Positions 19,940 to 30,249 of a stretch of 64,000 nt of DNA are shown piece by piece. How positions within the stretch are numbered: position 1 is the stretch's first letter; each line of letters starts with the position of its first letter. The notes under the pieces are model-generated. The model made no database searches and was not told the origin of the DNA. It was given only the letters and a program-made list of their open reading frames with translations. The stretch covers positions 1,600,001 to 1,664,000 of the forward strand of contig CAXXLL010000003.1 of the NCBI GenBank assembly GCA_963662545.2, written 5' to 3'. This DNA is from Gammaproteobacteria bacterium (GTDB taxonomy: Bacteria; Pseudomonadota; Gammaproteobacteria; Ga0077536). A program made the translations under genes and the position numbers.

Positions 19940-21025
19940 ATGTTGCCCGATGCGCCTGTCAATCTGTTGAATTTCGATACTCGAGGTTTAGCAAAATACT
20001 TCGAGAAAATCGGCGAGCACGGGTATCGCGCCACGCAGATCATCAAATGGATACACCAAAAAGGCGTGACGGATTTCGGTGCGATGACCAACCTCAGCAA
20101 GTTGCTAAGGGAGCGGTTGGCAAACGACACTGAAATCAGAACGCCGCGTGTAATATCCGAAAAAATATCGAGCGACGGAACCCGTAAGTGGCTTCTCGCG
20201 CTCGAAAACAATAACGCCATAGAAACGGTATACATTCCGGAAGGTAACCGAGGGACTCTGTGCGTATCGTCTCAGGTCGGCTGTCCGCTGGATTGCAAAT
20301 TCTGCGCAACCGCGCGGCAGGGCTTCAACCGAAACCTGCTCGTCGGCGAAATAATCGGCCAGGTCTGGCTGGCAGCCAGGCTGCTCGGCCAATCCCCCAA
20401 GTCCGGGCGCCGGATTACCAACGTGGTCATGATGGGAATGGGAGAACCCCTGTTGAATTTCGAAAACGTCGTTTCTGCCATGCACCTCATGCTCGACGAT
20501 AATGCCTATAACCTGAGCCGCAGGCGCGTTACCTTGAGCACGGCGGGTGTGGTCCCCGCGATCGACAAGCTCGCATCGACATTGCCCGTCAGTCTCGCCG
20601 TCTCGCTGCATGCACCGACAGACGAACTCCGGGACGCCCTGGTACCGTTAAACCGCAAATATCCGGTTCAGATTCTCATTGCTGCGTGCAAACGATATGC
20701 GCGCGCTAATCCGCATGGAGAAATAACCTTCGAGTACGTCATGCTGAAAGGCATAAATGATAGCCCGACAGAAGCACGCGCGCTGGTTCGCCTGCTGCAG
20801 GAAGTCCCTGCCAAGGTGAACCTTATTCCGTTTAATTCTTTTAGCGACAGCGGCTTCGAATGCTCCAGCCAAACGGTCATCGATGCCTTTAGAGAAAAGC
20901 TGACGGCGGCTGGAATCGTTACGATTACTCGGAAGACGCGCGGAGATGACATCGCGGCGGCCTGCGGACAACTCGTCGGTGAAGTACAGGCAAAAGCGCG
21001 ACGCCATTTTGCACGTGCGCACTGA
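19940..21025 (+). CDS. rlmN: 23S rRNA/tRNA m2A methyltransferase (radical SAM)
   Basis: [30 protein letters not shown]. Confidence 0.97.
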   Translation: MLPDAPVNLLNFDTRGLAKYFEKIGEHGYRATQIIKWIHQKGVTDFGAMTNLSKLLRERLANDTEIRTPRVISEKISSDGTRKWLLALENNNAIETVYIPEGNRGTLCVSSQVGCPLDCKFCATARQGFNRNLLVGEIIGQVWLAARLLGQSPKSGRRITNVVMMGMGEPLLNFENVVSAMHLMLDDNAYNLSRRRVTLSTAGVVPAIDKLASTLPVSLAVSLHAPTDELRDALVPLNRKYPVQILIAACKRYARANPHGEITFEYVMLKGINDSPTEARALVRLLQEVPAKVNLIPFNSFSDSGFECSSQTVIDAFREKLTAAGIVTITRKTRGDDIAAACGQLVGEVQAKARRHFARAH

Positions 21026-21347
21026 TTTGCGGGCATCCCAGAAATGCAGCAGATCCCCCGAGCTCCTTTCCCAACGGCGCAGCTAAGTACTGTGCCTAAC
21101 CGCGCCCATTTTTCCCTTGGCGTTCTTTATGTCTCTGCGAGAGGCTCTTCGAGGGTCGCCTTGCTGCACGGCAGTGCCGTTTCTCGACACTATGATGAAA
21201 CTTCATGTCGGTAACCCGTCCCGGCCTTTGGCCCTTTCATGCCGCGAAACTTGCCTCGCATCATCCACTTGGCACTCTCCCCGAGTTAAACTTCGCCCAA
21301 AGATTCCGCGGAAGAGTCGATTTTCTGAAATTCATGGAGAAGACTGA

Positions 21348-22112
21348 ATGCCGATTTTTCGAAGAATCCTGTTTCAACTTGCAATAGCGGCACTATTGAT
21401 GGGATGCCAATCGGCTAAGGTGGTCAAGCCCTCTGCAGCGAACCGCGAAAAGCTCGCGGAAATCAGTACTCAACTCGGCGTTGAGTATATTCAAAAAGGT
21501 GATTTGGAAGCTGGCTTCGAGCGGCTAAAACGAGCCCTGGAAGTCGATCCGAATTACGTCGACGCTCACAATACCTTGGGTTTGCTTTACGGCAATCTCG
21601 GCCAATACGAAAAAGCCGAGCGTAGCTTCAAGCGTGCGCTTGCGATCGAACCGAACAACTCTTCCGCGCTCAATAATTACGGACAGTATTTGTGCCAGTT
21701 GAAGCGCTACGACGAAGGGCGAAAATTGTTATTGAAGGCAATCGAGAACCCGCTGTATAAGAATTCGGGTGCTGCGCTGAGCAATGCGGGGATCTGTGCT
21801 TTGAATGCAGGGGATGTTGATATAGCGGAGAAGCACTTCCGGGCGGCGCTTCGAACCAACCCGACGCTTGCCCCGGCCTTGTACCAGATGGTCAATGTGA
21901 GCTATCGGAACGGCCGCTATCTGCCGGCACGCGGATACCTGCAGCGGTATATGGCGGTTGGGCGCCATACTGCAAAGTCGCTCTGGTTGGGCGTTCAAAT
22001 CGAGCACGAACTCGGCGACAAGGATGCGGAAGCAAGCTACGAATTACAGCTCGAGAAGAATTTCCCTGATTCGGAAGAAACGCGGCTATTGGGAGAATCA
22101 AAGGCGCAGTGA
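21348..22112 (+). CDS. pilW: Type IV pilus biogenesis/stability lipoprotein PilW/PilF
   Basis: Lipobox LMGC, TPR repeats, NNYGQYLC, SLWLG; rlmN-rodZ synteny. Confidence 0.9.
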   Translation: MPIFRRILFQLAIAALLMGCQSAKVVKPSAANREKLAEISTQLGVEYIQKGDLEAGFERLKRALEVDPNYVDAHNTLGLLYGNLGQYEKAERSFKRALAIEPNNSSALNNYGQYLCQLKRYDEGRKLLLKAIENPLYKNSGAALSNAGICALNAGDVDIAEKHFRAALRTNPTLAPALYQMVNVSYRNGRYLPARGYLQRYMAVGRHTAKSLWLGVQIEHELGDKDAEASYELQLEKNFPDSEETRLLGESKAQ

Positions 22113-22990
22113 CTGACCCCGACGATAAAGAGTTCGCTTGGGAGCAAGAGGACGCCGGCAAAGCAAATCTCGGCGCGAAACTTCGCGAAGCACGTGAACA
22201 GCGTAACCTCAGTATCGTGGACCTGGCTCGCTGTCTTCGGCTAAATCCTCGCGTCATCGAATGTCTGGAAGCAAATCAGGTCGATCAACTACCGGCGCCG
22301 GCATACGTGAGGGGCTATATTCGTTCAATTGCCAAAGAAATCGAAATCGACAGCGCTTCTTTGATTGCTATCTATGACCTCCAGTTTCGAAGTGAACCAC
22401 CTTCACTTGCGGATTTCGCGTCCCGCGCGCCAGAACAAATTACCAGCGACAGCAATATTATTCGCTATACCACAATCGCGCTGTGCATTGTCATGGTCCT
22501 GATGGTAGCGCTGTGGTGGCGCGCACATGACATCGAGATCCCTTCATTCGTAAGCGGCACTGGCACGACCCCCGCCAGTGATAAAGCAATCGTTCCGGCT
22601 ACGGACCCGCTTTCCTACTCGTTCGAATTGGTCGTGCATCCGGATAGTCCTTTTTACCGCGCTACCATTTCCGCGGCCGCAAATACTGGGGACGCAATAG
22701 ATGAAGTCGATGCCCCATCCGACCTTGTCACGCCGCCTCTCGACACGGGTCTTTCAATTTCAACAACCGAGGAGGTTTGGGTGGAAGTCTCCGACGCCCG
22801 CGGCAACCGTCTCTATTACAGCCTGGCCAAACCGGGGAACGATATCAGGATCACCGGTGAACGACCGTATTCCTTAGTGATTGGCAATTCCGCAGTCGTT
22901 ACGGTGACCTTCGACGGAGAACGGGTCGACATCACCCCTTATGCCGAATCCGGAGTCGCTCGATTACGGCTCGGAGATCGCGCTGAATAA
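22109..22990 (+). CDS. rodZ: Cytoskeleton protein RodZ
   Basis: N-terminal HTH with YVRGYIRS, single TM, C-terminal WVEVSDA..IGN..VARL. Confidence 0.92.
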   Translation: MTDPDDKEFAWEQEDAGKANLGAKLREAREQRNLSIVDLARCLRLNPRVIECLEANQVDQLPAPAYVRGYIRSIAKEIEIDSASLIAIYDLQFRSEPPSLADFASRAPEQITSDSNIIRYTTIALCIVMVLMVALWWRAHDIEIPSFVSGTGTTPASDKAIVPATDPLSYSFELVVHPDSPFYRATISAAANTGDAIDEVDAPSDLVTPPLDTGLSISTTEEVWVEVSDARGNRLYYSLAKPGNDIRITGERPYSLVIGNSAVVTVTFDGERVDITPYAESGVARLRLGDRAE

Positions 22991-22995
22991 CATAA

Positions 22996-23157
22996 GCAAC
23001 CTCTGAATAAGTGATGGCCCATCGGTCTTGCCTATGAAATCGCGGAGCCTTACGTTACGAACCTTGTCCTTAGTCCCCGCTATGGCCTGCGATTCGTGCC
23101 TTGCTCTGCACCATTGCATGAACAAGTCAGACGCACCATGACTTATTCAGAGGTTCC
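22996..23157 (-). mobile_element. MITE family A copy 2 (162 bp)
   Basis: GCAACCTCTGAATAA...TTATTCAGAGGTTCC; reverse orientation relative to copy 1. Confidence 0.9.
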
Positions 23158-23176
23158 TTAACGGACAAACGGCAGC

Positions 23177-24448
23177 ATGGGCCAGCAACTTCAATCGGTT
23201 CGCGGGATGAATGACATTCTTCCACAGGATTGCTCCGCATGGCGCGAGCTGGAAGACCAAATCATCAGCATATTGGCGAGCTACGGCTACCGGGAAATCC
23301 GTCTGCCCATCGTCGAACAATCCGGCGTATTCGAAAGATCCATCGGGGAGGCGACCGATATCGTGCAGAAGGAAATGTACACTTTCGAGGGTAGAAATGG
23401 CGAGAGCCTGACACTGCGCCCGGAAGGCACGGCCGGGTGCGTACGTGCAGTGCTACAACATGGATTATTGCAGCATCTTCCCGCACGGCTTTGGTATCTA
23501 GGGCCGATGTTTCGTCATGAGCGGCCCCAACGCGGACGGCATCGCCAATTCCACCAGTTCGGCGTGGAAGCCTTCGGCGCCCCGGGTCCTGACGTCGATG
23601 CTGAGCTCATTTTGATGACGGCTCGCATATGGCACGCGATTGGCCTCGATAATTTGCGCCTCGAATTGAATTCGCTCGGCACCGCCGTCGCTCGGTCGGC
23701 CTACCGGAGCATCTTGACGAAGTATTTCGGATCCCGTGTTGACGAACTAGACCGCGACAGTCGCGACCGCCTGGGGCGTAATCCCCTACGAATTCTGGAC
23801 AGCAAGAACCCCCAAATGAGTGCGATTATCGCCGAAGCTCCGTCCATTGCCGAACACCTCGACGAGGAATCCCAGCTTCATTTCGACCAGCTGTGTGAAT
23901 TGCTCACCACAAACAATATCGATTTCGAACTCAATCCCACGCTAGTGCGCGGCCTGGATTACTATTCACGCACCGTATTCGAATGGATCACCTCGGATCT
24001 TGGCGCACAGGGCACTGTTTGCGCTGGCGGTCGCTATGACGATTTGATTAAACTATTCGGCGGCAAGCCCATGCCGGCCGTGGGCTTCGCGATGGGGATC
24101 GAGCGCGTGATCGAACTGAAAAGGGCAGAAGGTGCAAGCAAGCCCGTCGCGCCTGACCTTTACGTCATGGCCACTAGTTTGGAACTCGACATCCACGCCG
24201 CGTCCCTCGCCGAATCGCTCAGAACGAGTTTCCCTCAATGGCGGATTTCATTCCACGTCGGTGGTGGAAGTCTGAAATCCCGCATGAAAAAGGCCGATCG
24301 CTCCGGTGCCCGATTAGCGTTGATACTCGGTGAAGACGAACATGCCAATGACGAGGTCACCGTCAAACCGCTGAGGACGGAAGATCGGCAAAGCGTGTAT
24401 CCGCGGCACGCACTCGCCGCCGAATTGCCGCGACTGCTTTCGCCTTAA
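23177..24448 (+). CDS. hisS: Histidine--tRNA ligase
   Basis: VRGMNDILP, LRPEGTA, FRHERPQRGR, LVRGLDYY, AGGRYD. Confidence 0.97.
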   Translation: MGQQLQSVRGMNDILPQDCSAWRELEDQIISILASYGYREIRLPIVEQSGVFERSIGEATDIVQKEMYTFEGRNGESLTLRPEGTAGCVRAVLQHGLLQHLPARLWYLGPMFRHERPQRGRHRQFHQFGVEAFGAPGPDVDAELILMTARIWHAIGLDNLRLELNSLGTAVARSAYRSILTKYFGSRVDELDRDSRDRLGRNPLRILDSKNPQMSAIIAEAPSIAEHLDEESQLHFDQLCELLTTNNIDFELNPTLVRGLDYYSRTVFEWITSDLGAQGTVCAGGRYDDLIKLFGGKPMPAVGFAMGIERVIELKRAEGASKPVAPDLYVMATSLELDIHAASLAESLRTSFPQWRISFHVGGGSLKSRMKKADRSGARLALILGEDEHANDEVTVKPLRTEDRQSVYPRHALAAELPRLLSP

Positions 24449-24581
24449 CAGGCTGTTTCCGGTAACAAGGACGTACCGGCATCGATTTGGCGATCAAATG
24501 CTGATAGGTGGAGCTCAGCCGAAACTGCGTTTTCGGGTGAGTCGAATTGAAAGACATAGGACATCGTATCTCAACATCCTG
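24449..24581. mobile_element. Family C element with TTAA duplication at the hisS stop
   Basis: TTAA|CAGGCTGTT ... AACATCCTG|TTAA; right part resembles the 49243 element. Confidence 0.6.
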
Positions 24582-24780
24582 TTAATTCCCGACCGCGTAC
24601 GGCGCAAACCCGCCCAATATCGTTATAATTCGCTGTTTTAATCGCCAGGTCGGTCTGTCTTCCGTGCGTGAACGGAGCAAAACGTAAACGCCATGCCGAA
24701 TACGGCAAGGTACGAAATGTCAGGAAGACTATTTTCACCGTCTTATGAATTGTACCGGAGCCTTCCGAGCGGAGAATTCA

Positions 24781-25425
24781 GTGGTAGATCACTACCTTTC
24801 CGAAAAAGAACAGATTGAACAGCTAAAACGCTGGTGGAACGAAAACGGGAAATCGTTGGTTGCGGGCCTGGTTATCGGCATTGGTGGGCTTGCGGGCTAC
24901 GGCTATTGGGATAACGTGCAGACCGTCCGGTCCGAAAATGCGTCAATCAACTACGAACACTTTCTTCAGATGTTGGCCGAAGGCCGCAGCGATGACGCTG
25001 TCGATGCTGGACTCGCCATCCGCGACAATTATTCCGGTACGGCGTATGCAAATCTGGGCACTTTGCTACTCGCCAAGATCGCTGTCGATGGCGGCGAATA
25101 TGAGCAAGCCAAGCAGTATCTCCGCAATCTGATCGACGGATCTGGCGACGGTGAGATCGGACATGTAGCCCGCGCGCGTCTTGCCCGGATTCTCCTGGCA
25201 GAAGGTTCGGTGGATGAGGCGAGCGTACTGGTTGCGAAGATTCCACAGATTAACGACCAGGAACGTTTCGCCGAGTTGCGCGGCGACATCCTAACGGCAC
25301 GCGGCGAACTTCAAAGTGCTAAAACCATGTATCTACAGGCACTCGCGAAAGCCCGTGAATTGGGACTTGAGCGAAGCACGGTTCAGTTCAAACTCGACAA
25401 TTTGCACTTCAACGCCGTGGATTAG
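24781..25425 (+). CDS. yfgM: YfgM-family TPR membrane chaperone
   Basis: EQIEQLKRWWNENG, ARARLAR, ELRGDIL; GTG start after GGAG. Confidence 0.92.
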   Translation: MVDHYLSEKEQIEQLKRWWNENGKSLVAGLVIGIGGLAGYGYWDNVQTVRSENASINYEHFLQMLAEGRSDDAVDAGLAIRDNYSGTAYANLGTLLLAKIAVDGGEYEQAKQYLRNLIDGSGDGEIGHVARARLARILLAEGSVDEASVLVAKIPQINDQERFAELRGDILTARGELQSAKTMYLQALAKARELGLERSTVQFKLDNLHFNAVD

Positions 25426-26624
25426 TGATTGTGACCCGCCGTGTAGCGCATTTCGCGATGATCGTTGGCCTGTCGTTAATGACAGCTGGTTGCGGCACCT
25501 TTAAGTCCGTTGCGAACACCTTCTCCGATGTCCTCGGCAGCGAAGAAAGTAACGCCATGAACCCGATGAAGCTCGAGGATTTCGAGCCGCGTATTTCGGT
25601 AGATGATCTTTGGTCGAAGCGCGTTGGTAAGGGAGCCGACGACCACTACCTGAAACTGACCCCAACGGTTCTGGGAAGTAGTCTCTTTGTGGCCGATCGT
25701 TACGGCAGGCTCGCCGCCACCGATCTCGAATCCGGTGAAATCATATGGGAAGTTCGTGACAAGAATGTGCAATACACCGGCGGGCCGGGCGCCGGCGACG
25801 GCCTCGTGTTGATTGGTACCGGCGACGCCCGCGTAATTGCACGGGAAGTGGATAGCGGTAAGCTGCGCTGGGTAGCCAAAGTGTCGAGCGAAGTTCTGAG
25901 TTCACCGCGTGCCGCGAACGGCGTGGTCGTGGTTCGCACGGGTGACGGCAGGCTGTACGGTCTCAATTCTCAGTCCGGCGCTCAGATATGGGTCTATGAT
26001 CGGACCGTTCCAACCTTGACCTTACGCGGAAACGCAACACCTGCCATCGATGGTGATCTCGTGCTGGCCGGCTTCGATAACGGCCGGGTGGTGGCCTTGA
26101 AACTAAAAACCGGCAAATTAATCTGGGAGAGCCGGCTTGCGATCCCGAGAGGTCGATCTGACCTGGAACGCATGGTGGATGTCGACGGCGAACCCGTCGT
26201 CGTCGGCGGAACCGTATACGTTTCGAGCTTTCAAGGCGCCGTCGCAGCGATATCAGTGCTCGACGGGCAAATCGAATGGACGCGCGATATTTCATCGTAT
26301 GCTGAGCTCGCTGCCGGAGATGAACGCATATACATCACCGACGCGACCGGATTGGTCTGGGCACTCGACCGGCATTCCGGCAATTCGATATGGAAGCAGG
26401 AGAAACTCGCTCACCGTCTGGTCAGCGGACCGAGTTATTTTAAGGGCTACATCATTGTCGGTGACTTCGAAGGCTATATGCACTGGCTTGACGCCAGCAC
26501 GGGTGATTTTGCTTTCCGCGCAAAAATTGATAAAAACCGGATCATCTCGCCGGCCATCACCGCTGGAAACGTCCTTTTGAGCTACTCTTCCGCTGGCCGC
26601 CTGCTGGCCATGCGGATCCAGTAG
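25425..26624 (+). CDS. bamB: Outer membrane protein assembly factor BamB
   Basis: Lipobox TAGC, PQQ-like beta-propeller repeats, LERMVDVDG. Confidence 0.95.
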   Translation: MIVTRRVAHFAMIVGLSLMTAGCGTFKSVANTFSDVLGSEESNAMNPMKLEDFEPRISVDDLWSKRVGKGADDHYLKLTPTVLGSSLFVADRYGRLAATDLESGEIIWEVRDKNVQYTGGPGAGDGLVLIGTGDARVIAREVDSGKLRWVAKVSSEVLSSPRAANGVVVVRTGDGRLYGLNSQSGAQIWVYDRTVPTLTLRGNATPAIDGDLVLAGFDNGRVVALKLKTGKLIWESRLAIPRGRSDLERMVDVDGEPVVVGGTVYVSSFQGAVAAISVLDGQIEWTRDISSYAELAAGDERIYITDATGLVWALDRHSGNSIWKQEKLAHRLVSGPSYFKGYIIVGDFEGYMHWLDASTGDFAFRAKIDKNRIISPAITAGNVLLSYSSAGRLLAMRIQ

Positions 26625-26653
26625 TCCGTGCCGGGCTCCGCCGGGTCCCGGTC

Positions 26654-28075
26654 ATGACCGTTCAAAGCCAAACATCGAATAAGCCCACGATTGCCATCGT
26701 CGGGCGTCCCAACGTCGGTAAATCAACCTTGTACAACCGCCTAACGCGATCGAGAGATGCGCTCGTTGCAGACGTGCCTGGATTAACGCGTGACCCCAAG
26801 GTCGGAGTCGGACGCCTCGGAGAGGCAGGATATATCGCCGTTGATACCGGCGGCATCGACGATGCAGCGTCTGATGAACTGAGTCATATCGTTGCCCGAC
26901 ATGCGCTGGACATTGCACGTGACTGCGACGCCGCCATTCTGATGGTCGACGGTCGCGCCGGAATGAATGCAAGCGACCAGCAGCTGGCGCGTAATATGCG
27001 CAAGGCAGGCGTGGAAATCTTTCTCGCGGTGAACAAAACCGAAGGTCAGGATCCGGACATTGCCGTGTCCGAGTTTGCCGCAATGGGAATCCCGCACATC
27101 CATGCCATCTCCGCTACACACGGAGACGGCGTTGCCTCGCTGATCGCTGAGATCACGACTGATTGGCCGACGGCCGATATCGATGTCGACGACGCTCCGA
27201 ACGATCGTATCCGCGTAGCGGTCATCGGGCGTCCGAACGTCGGAAAATCGACGCTGGTCAACCGATTATTGGGGCAGGATCGCATGATAACCTGCGATGT
27301 TCCTGGTACGACGCGTGACAGTATCGATTCTGATTTCGAACGCGACGGCCAGGCATATACTGTGATCGATACGGCTGGGCTGAGACGCAAGCGCCGCGCG
27401 CGGGGCGTCGCCGAAAAGTTCAGCGCGATTCAGGCCCTTCAGGCGCTCGAGCGGGCTCAAATCGCGTTGCTCGTACTCGACGCGCGAGAGTCGGTCACTG
27501 ATCAGGATCTCAACTTGCTTGGCATGATCATCGATGCCGGGCGCGCGCTGGTCGTCGCGGTTAACAAGTGGGACGGGTTGAGCGCAGATGTACGTTTACA
27601 GATCCGCCGTGATCTCGACCGCCGGCTTCGATTTGCTGATTACGCGGAAATCCGCTGCATCTCCGCCCTGCATGGGAGCGGCGTCGGTGAACTATTCCCG
27701 TTGATCGTCGCAGCCTGGCGGTCGGCTTTCGTTGCGCCCAAAACCAGCGACCTTTCCAGTATGCTCGAACAGGCGACGGCATCGCATCAACCGCCACTGG
27801 TGCGTGGCAGGAGAATCAAGCTCAGATTTGCCCATCTCGGCGGAAAGAATCCACCGAGAATCGTGATCCACGGCAACCAGATCGATGCGATACCTGGTTC
27901 TTACAAGCGCTATCTCGCCAACTTTTTTCGCGAAAATCTGAGGCTCGTCGGTACGCCTGTTCACCTGGAATTCCGACAAGGGGAAAATCCGTTTGCCGGC
28001 AGGCGAAACAAACTTAACAAACGGCAAATCAACAAACGCCGGCGCCTGATGAGCCACGTCAAACGCAGAAAATAG
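26654..28075 (+). CDS. der: Ribosome biogenesis GTPase Der
   Basis: Two GRPNVGKSTL domains, DTGG/DTAG, KH-like C-terminus. Confidence 0.97.
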   Translation: MTVQSQTSNKPTIAIVGRPNVGKSTLYNRLTRSRDALVADVPGLTRDPKVGVGRLGEAGYIAVDTGGIDDAASDELSHIVARHALDIARDCDAAILMVDGRAGMNASDQQLARNMRKAGVEIFLAVNKTEGQDPDIAVSEFAAMGIPHIHAISATHGDGVASLIAEITTDWPTADIDVDDAPNDRIRVAVIGRPNVGKSTLVNRLLGQDRMITCDVPGTTRDSIDSDFERDGQAYTVIDTAGLRRKRRARGVAEKFSAIQALQALERAQIALLVLDARESVTDQDLNLLGMIIDAGRALVVAVNKWDGLSADVRLQIRRDLDRRLRFADYAEIRCISALHGSGVGELFPLIVAAWRSAFVAPKTSDLSSMLEQATASHQPPLVRGRRIKLRFAHLGGKNPPRIVIHGNQIDAIPGSYKRYLANFFRENLRLVGTPVHLEFRQGENPFAGRRNKLNKRQINKRRRLMSHVKRRK

Positions 28076-28157
28076 AACCACAGAGGTCGCGGATTAAAAC
28101 AATATAAATATGACCGCTACACGGCCATCTTTTTGTCCCTCTATATTCTCTGTGCTT
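28076..28157. repeat. Degenerate copy of the 4725 REP-like hairpin, directly after the der stop
   Basis: AACCACAGAG...AAATATGACCGCTACA...TTCTCTGTGCTT shares ends and the ATGACCG-TACA loop motif with 4725-4824. Confidence 0.5.
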
Positions 28158-28295
28158 AATAGCAATTGTATTTGGGAGCTGCGGGATTAAGAATCAGCCT
28201 AGGACTCGACCCCACGTCGAGCATTCCGGCCGAGCAATCGCTAATCAGGGCGTGCCGTTGGGCCGCGATAGTAGAAGCTTGGTGCGTGTTGCGGG

Positions 28296-29057
28296 CTAGA
28301 TATCGCACCACGGTAACACCATGTGCTGCGATGCAATTCGCCACGAAGCGTGCTCAGGCGTATGCCTTCCTAGACAGGGTTTTACCCGTTCGGGTGAATT
28401 CGTTTTTTCGCTCAGGTGAGCCGCGACCAGATGGGTCAGTCTGGTCAAATCCAGTTGCGTGAGCATGCGCTCGGCCTGATCGTTGCTCAGGTGCCCGAAC
28501 TGCCCTCCGATCCGGGCCCGCAGACTCGCCGGGTACGGACTCGAGGACAACAGATCCTCGTCGTGATTGAATTCCAGGATGAGCGCGTCAAGACGCTGGA
28601 AATGCCGGAGAAGGTGTGGCGTCACCGTGCCCAAATCGGTCAAGATCCCGAGGCGCCGATCGTTTGCGGCGACGACGAACTGGCACGGCTCATACGCATC
28701 GTGCGGAACAATGGCAGGCGCCAGGGAAAATACGCCGATCTCGAGTTCGCTTTCCGGCGCGAATTCAATGACAGAATAAGCGTTGGCCAATCGCCCGTCG
28801 GCGCCGCGATGTGTGCCCGAGGTCGCATAAATGGGGACTCGGTGCTTGCGAGAAAACGAGGCGGCGCCCGCAATATGGTCGTCGTGTTCGTGGGTCAAAA
28901 CGATCGCCAGCAGCGTCTGCGGTGTAATTTCGAGAAGATTGAGCCGCTTTTCGATCTGGCGCACGCTGAGGCCGCAATCGATCATGATGGCCTCGGCGTC
29001 TTGGTGGACGACCGTGGCGTTGCCGGCACTGCCGCTGCCTAATGTCGAGAACCTCAC
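28296..29057 (-). CDS. MBL-fold metallo-hydrolase (YycJ/WalJ-like)
   Basis: LGSGSAGNA, THEHDDHI, PHDA.EP, EFNHD, GHLSN, HLSEKTN. Confidence 0.93.
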   Translation of the reverse strand: MRFSTLGSGSAGNATVVHQDAEAIMIDCGLSVRQIEKRLNLLEITPQTLLAIVLTHEHDDHIAGAASFSRKHRVPIYATSGTHRGADGRLANAYSVIEFAPESELEIGVFSLAPAIVPHDAYEPCQFVVAANDRRLGILTDLGTVTPHLLRHFQRLDALILEFNHDEDLLSSSPYPASLRARIGGQFGHLSNDQAERMLTQLDLTRLTHLVAAHLSEKTNSPERVKPCLGRHTPEHASWRIASQHMVLPWCDI

Positions 29058-29058
29058 A

Positions 29059-30249
29059 CTACTCGATACGGCTGCTGTTCAACGCGTCATGCAACATAGT
29101 CAGCAATTGTCCCGCCTGATCCCCCGTTTCCCAACGTCCATCCTTGTCCAGTACGACGACTTCCGTCTTGTCTCCGACGCCCGTCAGGCTCAGTTGGAAT
29201 TCCTCGCCTTTTTCACGATCCCAAAATTTGAGCTTGTTCCATACACCCGTTTCCTCGTCCGCGGCAGCCGCTCGCGCCATCTCCACCAGGTACACGCCAC
29301 GCCCCTTATCGGAATCCTTGACGTCAACACCCGCTTTCTCGAGCGCCCGGCCTGTCGTCTTCCAGGCCGTGGGAAAATCCTCGGCAACCGTCAGGTAAAT
29401 CTTGCCGCCGCCGACACTGACAATTTCAGCGTGGCGCGGTCCGACGGTGTCGGGCATGGAAGTGCCGATGCTGCGGGGCTCCAGCACGGTTGCCGCGATA
29501 TCATCAGCTGGCGCTTTCGCTTCAGGACTTGTATCGAAAGAAGGTTCGTCCGTGCTCGCCACCACCGCGGATTCACCCGTCATGTACTCCTGCAGACGCT
29601 CGACGACTTTGCGCACGTCATCGGCATTATGCGGTTTACGTTGCCACACTAGATCTTCGCCCTGCGGCGCCAACTCCTCCCTCTCGTGGGATATGTACAA
29701 TACCGTCGTCCCAGGTTCTTCGCCCGGGTCCGCAAAAACCTTGAACTTCTCGCGAGACAATTCACTCTCGTCTTCGATCCAGGCGGTCTCAATCACGCCG
29801 AGCTCGACATCATCAAGGTCGAGGGTATAGCCCAGATCTTGCCAGAATTCCTGTATTTTCGGCCATATTTGCACGGCCATACCCTCAACGGCGAGGACGT
29901 ATTCGTCCTCTAGTACGCGGATCGCGGAGGTTTGCGTTTTTTCCAACTGTTCCGCGCGTTGCCGCACGGCACGTCGTTCTTGATACGCCGAATACCGGGC
30001 AACTTTACCTCCCTCCGGTATAGCCATGCGGTCACGGATTGCTTCGGTACTCAGGTCCGGTGGTACTTCGAGATCCGGAAGAGTCTCGGCCTTTTGATAT
30101 TCCTTACGGGTGTCGGGAATTACTTCGCCCAACTTGGGAATGAGTTTACTGCAAGCGCTCGTGGAAATGATGATTGTAATACCGACGATCACAACCCTGA
30201 TCGTGTACGGAAATCTTTGTCTCAACTCGACCAACTCCCTCGAGTTCAT
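29059..30249 (-). CDS. bamC: Outer membrane protein assembly factor BamC (NlpB/DapX)
   Basis: Lipobox TSAC, LEVPPDL, GVIETAW; directly after dapA. Confidence 0.88.
   Translation of the reverse strand: MNSRELVELRQRFPYTIRVVIVGITIIISTSACSKLIPKLGEVIPDTRKEYQKAETLPDLEVPPDLSTEAIRDRMAIPEGGKVARYSAYQERRAVRQRAEQLEKTQTSAIRVLEDEYVLAVEGMAVQIWPKIQEFWQDLGYTLDLDDVELGVIETAWIEDESELSREKFKVFADPGEEPGTTVLYISHEREELAPQGEDLVWQRKPHNADDVRKVVERLQEYMTGESAVVASTDEPSFDTSPEAKAPADDIAATVLEPRSIGTSMPDTVGPRHAEIVSVGGGKIYLTVAEDFPTAWKTTGRALEKAGVDVKDSDKGRGVYLVEMARAAAADEETGVWNKLKFWDREKGEEFQLSLTGVGDKTEVVVLDKDGRWETGDQAGQLLTMLHDALNSSRIE

Noticed and set aside
21269-21300. CIRCE- or sigma-54-like TTGGCACTC upstream of pilW
   Set aside because: No second CIRCE arm at 9-nt spacing and no GC at the -12 position.
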